This document shows, piece by piece, positions 54,456-64,000 of a DNA stretch of 64,000 bases. The translations under genes and the position numbers were made by a program. Each line of letters starts with the position of its first letter. Position 1 is the stretch's first letter. The notes below the pieces were generated by a model, which was given only the letters and a program-made list of their open reading frames with translations, searched no databases and was not told where the DNA came from. This stretch comes from Flaccisagitta enflata (taxonomy: Eukaryota). The stretch lies in contig OZ231126.1 in the NCBI GenBank assembly GCA_965153355.1, positions 25,110,001-25,174,000 of the forward strand, given 5' to 3'.

Positions 54456-54666
54456 AGTTGCGTGCTCTACGCGACTCTACACCCCGCTTTGTCTGTCCGT
54501 CCGTCCATCCGTCCATTTGCTGGTCCGTCCATCCGTCACACTTTACTTTTTATAGATTTTTTTGCGGTCTTTGGCCTCCCTGCTCCTACCCAAATGATCG
54601 AGCAACCTCAAATACGGCCCCTGCCCACCGGCACGTGACTGGGGTAGCTGTGTATTCGGCCTTGTT
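54456..54666 (+). mobile_element. Family B HINE-like element (further copies near 8540, 12990, 19430, 22415, 26430, 37450, 51550, 60375)
   Basis: T-run, 5' agt.gcgtgct..acgcgact stem-loop, (GTCC)n, 3' gcacgtgact + hairpin + cttgtt. Confidence 0.75.
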
Positions 54667-55289
54667 CCATTATGCGCCAAATTCCGCGTTATTTAACGAT
54701 GAAATTGTCCCCGTTCCAATTTGACCGTCGCGTACATCCCAACTCCATTCATACTCCATACGACCAGTTGGCCTCTCCCCGTCATTCGTACAGTATGATT
54801 TTTCTAAAATGACATTGACGTTATTCGGCGATGGGACAAGACAGATACCGTGAATTCTTTTTTCTTTCCTTTATTATCATTGAATTTTATATTTCTTCTA
54901 TATCATCCCTCGTTATAATCAGATCATTCAACTTGTAGATGGATTTCACGAGCTAAGACTTATGTAATCAACCGGTCAGTTACTAAATTAGATTTCCCTT
55001 TGAGGTTTTCACCTTCACCGTTGCCTCTGTATAAAACGTACGAACCCTTGCATAATCAGCAAAGAGAACGAGTGAATGACCCATATCCGTAATTCCGTAA
55101 GGTTTCTTGTCACGAGCAACTGAGTGAGTAGATTTGATTGATTTTGAATCCCAAGCAACGGTTGCGATTATATTGGGTATTATACACAACTGCCACTATT
55201 GATTTACTATAAAAAGCCGAATCACACAAAAACAATCCAAGCCAACGAGTCTCACGTCAACCACATCAGGCAAACAGCAATTCCACCAA

Positions 55290-55640
55290 CCACAACCATT
55301 GTGGAACTAACAGCGTTGAAAAGCAGTGAAGCATCCTTGAAAAGTGTTATACCACTGAACCACAATACCACAAAAGCGATATCCAAAACTATTGCAGCTT
55401 TATGGACCACTAGCGTTGAAAAAAAGAGCAGCACCCTTGACAACCACAACAAAAGAACCACAATACCATAGTAGCGATAATCATTGTGGCAATGCGATAT
55501 ACCGGCGTTGCAAAAAGTGAAGCACCCTTGACAAGCACTAACACAGAACCACAATACCACAAAAGCGATAACGACATTTAATGTGGCAATGTGGACCACC
55601 AGCGTTGCAAAAAAGTGAAGCACCCTTGACAAGCAGAGAC
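55290..55640. repeat. ~96-bp degenerate tandem repeat, 4 copies
   Basis: gcgttg.aaaa...gcacccttgacaa...aaccacaatacca recurs at about 55313, 55412, 55504 and 55601. Confidence 0.8.
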
Positions 55641-55726
55641 TGGCGACGCTTTCCGCCTTTTTGGGCCCGCGGCGCCAGAAGCAAATTCGAGGCCTTGGAG
55701 GGTAAAAACCAGACTAAAAGAGAAAT

Positions 55727-55767
<41 letters not shown>

Positions 55768-55883
55768 CTTTAAAAGCTTTTTTGTTCTCCTTTCCATCTC
55801 TACACCGTAACAAAACAATATGACATTTGGCCTCCTTCCAAGAGGGAAAGCAGAGCGTGGGGAGGCAAAGGCAAAACGAAGAC

Positions 55884-55955
<72 letters not shown>

Positions 55956-56075
55956 CAGAGATAGGATCAATAACAGATAGGATTGAGGACTGGGATGAAT
56001 GAATAGAATTATTATTGAATGGATAAATGAAGGCAAAAACAAAAAGAAAGAGAGAAAGAACGAAAGAAAGAAGAA

Positions 56076-56150
<75 letters not shown>

Positions 56151-56152
56151 CA

Positions 56153-56235
<83 letters not shown>

Positions 56236-56563
56236 AAAAAAGAAAGAAAAAAAGAAAAAAAAGGAAAGAGAATGTTAAAGACATGGAGAATGAACAAGAG
56301 AGAAAAATGATAAGGTAAAGCAGTCTAAAGGGTGTGCAACGATTTTAAGGGCATTTTAAGGACATTACGAAAATCAAAAGCAAAACTATCTTTTTTTATT
56401 GCCATCACTAAATTACAAGGAGGATGATAAAGGTTGTGAGCAGTTTTTAAGGTTATGCAATGATTAATCAAGAGAATTTGAAAACTTTTCGCAAAAATTC
56501 TGCAAAAACAAAGAAATCCAACCACAAGTTGACAAATAAAGCTGAATCCGAGATGGGGGGAGA

Positions 56564-56734
<171 letters not shown>

Positions 56735-57881
56735 GCATTACTACTAGAAGGGTCTTTATTTCAAATCTCATAGTCGGGCATGCAGGGCTGCAGAGAGAGG
56801 CCGAGCACATGGGTAAATTGCGTTTGTGGGAGGCAACAAGGTCATTAGACCTAAGTCGCGTGCGTCGGCACTTTCAGAAAAATCAGGCAGACAGACAGAT
56901 GAACAGACTAAAACATTTGAAAAGCTCTTTAAACTAGCAACAAAAAGCCTTAGAACAATCTGTGACAAACCAATGGACAGACAGACGGATGGACAGACAG
57001 ACAGAGGTTAGACGGACCAAAAAGTGGCTTACAGAGGTGTACAAATGACATAGAAACATTCAAAAACATCTAAAATGTCTTTAAATTGGCTAAAACACCT
57101 TTTAAACAACTTTGTGACGAACAGTAGGACGGACCAACAGACTAACTGACCAACCAAAAAATGGCTTATAGAGGTTTACAAAAGCCATAGAAACATTCAA
57201 AAACATTTGAAATGTCCTTATTTTGTGTATAAGGCCTTTTAAACAGTTTTGTGATGGATGGCCCGACCAACGAACCGACGAACCAACAGACTGACGGACC
57301 GATGGACCAACAGACCGACGGACCGACCAACGGACCGACCAAAAAGTGGCTTATAGAAACAATCTACAGGCCTGTGTGCATGCCTGAGTAGCTCATGACC
57401 GGATGCGTTTTCTTAAATCGTGAGGTGCAATTTTATTTCGAAAAAAAAGGGAGGTTCTGGGTTTTTTTGGTTTTTTTTTGTCTCTATGTCTGTTTCTGCC
57501 TTTCTCTTTCTCAAAAATGCAAAAAAAAAGTCATTTGTTGCCAAGTTTTCCTTTTGTTTGTGAGCCAACATTTTTTTGATTAATGGCATCTGAAGCATTT
57601 TTCACGAGAGCGCGAAAAAGTGCCAATGATGTACTCGAGGATTCAAAACAAGGGAGCATTCTAACTGTCAGTCCCCCCGACGAAAGCGAAATGGTGGTCC
57701 CCTCTCCCCTTTCTCCCACATTCTAAGTTTCCACTCGTTCATTCAATCTTTTCAAATGTTGCTCAAAATGATTTATCGCCATTTATACAGTCGCAAACTT
57801 TACACGCGACTTTGCAGATCGGGGTCTGTATTTGCCCATCCGGTCTTCACTCGGTCCGTCCGTCTGTCTTTAATGGCAGTA

Positions 57882-58479
57882 CTATCTTGCTAATAAGTAT
57901 AACAACAAGCATTTTGTGGTATAACTATGTAATAAATGGTATAAACCTAAGAAAATTGGCGTTGTCCGGAAACTTCTTCAAATTTCTGAGCTAATGGCGC
58001 AAACTGCATTGCTTTAAGTCCAATCGTTCAAAAATAACAAGCAAAACAAAATTGCTACCTCAAGTAGGAAATGGCGAAAAAATTGCATTTTGGGATTTCA
58101 TGATTTTAATCACAATATTGTCAGAGACAAATTTGCTTTTTTGTTCAGACCATGGTGATAAGCTGGTGTCATGCTAGCGTCAAGTTGGCCTGGAAAAAGT
58201 CCAGACCTCAATCCGATCAAATTGTCTTAAGGTCAGATGAAGAAGCTATAGTTGGGATGCATGTTCAGCATTAAGAAATTCATTCCTAAAGTGTGAAAGA
58301 ACATTACACGATCATACATTCAATCACTTAATGAGACCATACTGAGGCTTATAAAAGCCACAGTTTATGTCCAGGGAGGTTGCATAAAATACTAGTTGTA
58401 TTTTACAAATGTTCAATGTAGTTATTGATAAATACATGGACTGTATTCCATCTTGTTATTGTGCTTTTTAGCAAGATAG
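57882..58479. mobile_element. TA-flanked MITE
   Basis: TA|CTATCTTGCTAA.AAG...CTTTTTAGCAAGATAG|TA. Confidence 0.72.
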
Positions 58480-60820
58480 TACATCATTTAATGAGCAATA
58501 CATCTCAGATAATGAACCTCACTCTTTTAATTCCTTTATTTACTTTTTGTTATTTCCGGTCCTGGCTCTGGAATACTTAAAATACTTGCCCGAATAGAAA
58601 ATCCAAAAGTATTTCAGTTGAACATTTTTTTCTCTTTTTAGCCTGCGGCGTTACATTGTTTTCTCAGTCAGGAAGAAGAAAAAAACCAACTTGAAAGAAA
58701 AATTTCTATCCTAGTAAAGCCAAGACAATATGAGCTTCACCTAAGCAACAAGTGTTCTGAGACTTCTCACATTCCGACGGATAGATGGACGGACAGATGA
58801 GAGAGGAGGGAGGACTGGACATCTTCGGCGTAGCAACGTGTCAGGTAACTTGATGTAGGTCAGCTGTCATGCATAACGATGTATGCGTATGAAGCTCTCT
58901 AGCATTGCTACTGGTTAGGATGAGACCCTGTCAAAGGGTAGTTATGTCTCATCGCGCTGAAATTACCTGTTTATTTGTTAGAAATGGCTTACTTGAATTC
59001 AGCCGTGCAGTGCTGGTTGGCCTTGAGATGGAGGCCATGTATGTTGCAATTGTGCCTTTGGCAGAAAACATAGCACTGGTGTCTGGCCACATTTTTAGAG
59101 CCATGGACAAATAAGACTACACAGTCCCATAATTTATACGATATCAGGAAATAGAATCATTTTAGGCCCAAAATCATTTGTCTCTAACCAAATATCAATG
59201 TAGATAGACCCAATTTATCCCCTAGGCTTAGTTTCAGGGCAGGGCATTCATATAGAGGACAAGGTATAAACCTCAGAGTACTAAATGAACTCAAAAGTGC
59301 AATTTGCTGAGATCTGGGAAAATGGAGTAAAAATACCCTCATACGTAAAATGCAAAATTCAGGGCCGTCAGCCATGACAATGCAAGACGAAGACTTGAAC
59401 TACATAGTCAGTAGATGATAGAACCTAAATGTATGAGCGGCTAAGATTTTCTACCAAGAAAACATCTTTCAAACAGATGTAGTTTTATGGCGCAAATCAC
59501 CTAATTCCATTCTATTTCCTTGACTTGTGGGGGTGACTAACCACTGCACATAAAAGTCTCACATGGAACATTGCAACAATCATTCCTCGCGGCGAAGGGT
59601 TTGGCCACATTCATTTAGCCTGACCTCGGCATACAAGTCTTGTATGCAACAGTGATGCCTCACGGTGGACATAATGCATGAAGGTTTGGCCATACTTATT
59701 GAGACATGCAAGTGAGACTAACCTCGCCATACAAGTCTTGCATGCAACGGTCGTGCCTAGAGATCATCGACCCTAGCTAAAAACCAATTGGTTATCTCAA
59801 GTTTTGTTTCCCTCAAATGTCTTCATATAAGTTTCGACATCGACTCTACTAAATGTCGTTGCCATCATGCCATTTCCGTTTCATGTGTGCATTATGCAGC
59901 AGACTGCATGACATGCTCTTTGTAAATTGGTTCCCTCCCAGTCTCAGAATGTCTCAGTCTCAGTTACTGATGTATGCCTCGCGTATCAAAAATGAATGCC
60001 TGAATGAATGAAAGTATAAATGAATGAAGGAATGAATGAATAAATGAATAAATTAATGAATGAATGAGTGAATGAATGAATGAATGAAGAAATGAATGAA
60101 TGTATGAATGAATGAATGAGTAAATGAATGAATGTTATTTTTAAATGAAATAATGAATTAATGAATGAATGAATGAATGAATGAATGAATGAATGAATGA
60201 ATGAATGAATGAATGAATGAATGAATGAATGAGTGAATGAATAAATGAATGAACGAATGAGTTAATGAATAAATGAATGAACGATTGAATAAATGAATGT
60301 TATGTTTGTAACCTTTTTCCTTTGTGCTTACAAGAAACAAGTTAATAGGAACTGGAGGTTTTCTTCCTCTTTTTAGTCGCTTCCTAAGCAAATCTATAAG
60401 AGGGTGAGTGCCTTGGTAGGAAGGATGGTTGGTAACGTGAAATTTTTATGCATCACTGCCCTTGCCTAGCCACATCACGGCCCCCGCCCTTCCATGAACT
60501 GCTCCTGTCCACCCACCTGCAAGCGACTACTTATTGGCCGTGTATCAGGTCTCGTTTTCAAAGCTTGATGAAAGGATTATGGCCAACAAACAAGGCCAAG
60601 TAGGCTATCATAGGTGCCGTTTAGATTGTAGAATGAAAGAGTTTCCGACTTACCAACCAACCGACGGACACAACCTCTGAAAGACGTGCTTTTGCGCGCA
60701 GAAAAAATTGTTAGGACTCATTTTAGACAAGAACAGAAACAAATGGACTGAGAACTAGACTTGTCAGTTGGCTAGAAAAAAATTTGAAGGTAATCCAGGA
60801 TACAAACAAATAGTTCTGTC

Positions 60821-60959
<139 letters not shown>

Positions 60960-61114
60960 TCCCTTCTCCTTGTCTGTCAGTGAGTAGGTCGTGACGGTTT
61001 TTGACCCTGATGTCGAATGACCGACACTATGGGGTGTGACTGTCGATTCCGACAGTCACGACATAAGTTCTCCCAACTCGACTCGTGCCTCGTGCCTCGC
61101 AGTGAAAGTATTAC

Positions 61115-61420
61115 ATGAAGGTTTGGCCACATTGATTGAGCCATACAAATAAGACTAACCTCGGCATACAAGTCTTGTATGCAACTATGATGCCTCATGG
61201 TAAAGATATTGCTCAAACATTTGGCCACATTTATTGAGCCATGTAAGCGAGACTAACCTCGGCATACAAGTCTTGTAAGCAACTATGACGCTTCATGGTA
61301 AAGTTATTGCCCAAAGGTCTGGCCACATCTATTGAGCTATGTGAGACTGACCTCGCCACAGTAGTCTTTTATGCAACAATGATGCCTCGCGGTGAAGGTA
61401 TTGCATCAAGGTTTGGCCTC
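61115..61420. repeat. ~100-bp tandem repeat (3 copies), with related copies at 59595-59760
   Basis: ggtttggccaca...actaacctcggcatacaagtcttgtatgcaac repeated at both locations. Confidence 0.8.
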
Positions 61421-61514
61421 GAACTGAAAACCTCTGCGGTCGTGAAAACGCAAAAAGAAAAAAAAAAAGGATTCGAAACTCGAAAATTCCCCTTTGAAAA
61501 ATGACTTTGTGAGA

Positions 61515-61576
<62 letters not shown>

Positions 61577-62969
61577 CACACACACACACACAAACATGCG
61601 AATGACAAGAGAATAAATGGTTGATGTAAGGGTGTGAGGGAACGGGAGGTTTACTTTGGATACCATCATCGATGTTTCATTTACCTCTCTTTGAAACACG
61701 TCATAGTCGCAATAGTCGCTGGCGGTTGGGCAGGGGCATTACTCCGAAAAATGCTCACACTTGATTAGTACAAACCTGTTAATAACAAAATATACCATAG
61801 AGAATACAAAGAATTTTGAAAATTTGTTTTTTGAAAAACATATTTCCGTCGTTCTTGTTGTTGCTGGTCAAAAATGTTTTTTACTCAATCAAAACGTGTT
61901 GACGAATATAATCTCAATCTCAATCCCATTGCCTCCCTCCTTTCGCTGTCGATAATTCTGCCTTTTATGAGGCCTTGTTTTAAAATATAAATTCTCCCAG
62001 TTACTATCTAAGAAATAAATATACGGACACCTAACCATGATCATAGCAGCTAAACTGCAATACCCCATGAAAAAATGAAAGCAGATCAACTATGACAAAA
62101 AATCTTTCATTCAAAACCAAGCAGAGCTCAGTGGCTCAATTTATTTTCAAATGACAGCGTTTGAAGAAAAACAGTCATTTTACCAAAATCTTATTTTGAG
62201 GGTTTCAGTTAGAATTTTCCTTGAACAACCTACTTTGAAAAACTTCTTAAATCTTAACAGATTGACCAAAATCATTCTGCTTGGCCTAATTAGATCATAT
62301 TTTTGATATATTTTTAGATTCCTCAAAAGGTAAAGGCTGCATTGAAACAGATTTATGATAAGTTATCTCATATCAATAGAAAACTGATTCAATGATTTCA
62401 TTGTTGCTTATTGAGAAATCAGGGATACACCAATTTAAGTTGAAAAATCATAGACCAATCCCGTAGAAACTCAAAACAGAGACACTTGATAGATCCAAAT
62501 ATCATATCATGGCTGAAAATCTATTTATTTGATCATATATCTAATTCAGTGGATGAAAAGGCTCAGTTTTCTCCAGCTGTCCGTATATTTATTTCCTAGA
62601 TAGTAAATGTATTTCGATTTTTTTCTATTTCCTTTTTGTTTCAACAAGTTCCTTTTTTTGGGTTAAGGGGCGCTCCAACATTTGGCTCCGAGGAAACTCA
62701 CGCAACTTCTTTTGATCTCATTCAAATTCTCAACAAAAAAATGGCTGGAACGAGTTTTGATTGGTCGCCGCCTCTTTCCATGGCCTCCCATTGGTCCGTT
62801 GTTTTTTTGCGTTTCAACTTTTGCGCCCGACTTTCAAATTTCAAACAAAAAATTATTGATGGATGAGAAAATTCTGGACGCAGAAGGATGTAAGTCCTAA
62901 CCGCTACAAGAAGATGAAAAATGATGCTTGGGTCCCTCTCTCTCTTTCTCTGTGCTTCACTCACATTCT

Positions 62970-63087
<118 letters not shown>

Positions 63088-63427
63088 ATTCTCTCTCTCT
63101 CTCTCTTTCTCATTCTCTCTCCAATGTAGAAAACACAATCGATAACTGTCAATCATTTGAGGTGTTCTCTTTTTGGTCTAATATTCAACAAGCCATGATT
63201 ATGTATTGATTAATAGTTTAGCCACCTCGTTTTAACAAGAAATTTTCCCTTCCCTCTCTTGAGCTTTTTAAATTCAAGTAAAAAAGGAGATCAGTTTACT
63301 GCCATGATCAACTCACAGACCAAATTGTTATTTTCTTTTAGAATGTTGTATTCGTAAACCAACATTAGGTTCTATGGTATATTCATCGTCATAGTAATGA
63401 CATAACGCAATTATCAATAAAACAGCA

Positions 63428-63764
<337 letters not shown>

Positions 63765-64000
63765 CGAGAAGTTCTCTATCCCACCCTTCCCTCGTCTGTT
63801 AGTCGTCGTGAATGTCTCATCCATTCTTGTTTTTGCTTTTGCATATCACGCACGACTTAGCCTCTGAACCACTGAGACATGAAATCGTTCATAAACTCAA
63901 CAAATTCTTTGAAAACTCAATTTTCCTCTAAATAAATTTCCTTGCGACTCATTTGCATTTTCCTGTTCATTCGCTTTCGCTTTTACTTTCTTTCTTTCTC

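Overview
This is eukaryotic (metazoan-type) genomic DNA, gene-poor and very rich in repeats; the organism cannot be identified from the sequence. Two spliced + strand protein-coding genes can be reconstructed by hand with consistent intron phases. Gene 1 is a 5'-incomplete type I membrane protein (5 visible exons, 1902-7252, 711 aa visible). Its apparent architecture is C-type-lectin-like / F5-8(discoidin)-like / atypical kringle-like / EGF-like / 2x Sushi / TM / short tail. Gene 2 is a 3-exon, 229-aa divergent tetraspanin (18980-21488) with CCD in place of CCG. The rest consists of non-autonomous DNA transposons (TA-flanked Tc1/mariner-type MITEs, Harbinger-like, Chapaev-like, and elements with 7-bp and 8-bp TSDs), many Helentron-associated (HINE/DINE-1-like) elements of at least three families, often nested, plus minisatellites and long microsatellites. 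No coding exon was found after 21.5 kb. That region is pyrimidine-biased on the + strand and contains a consensus-matching candidate recursive-splicing site at 43710/43711. Nearly all other ORFs in the track are repeat artefacts. All domain and TE-superfamily calls come from reading motifs by eye; no database search was run.
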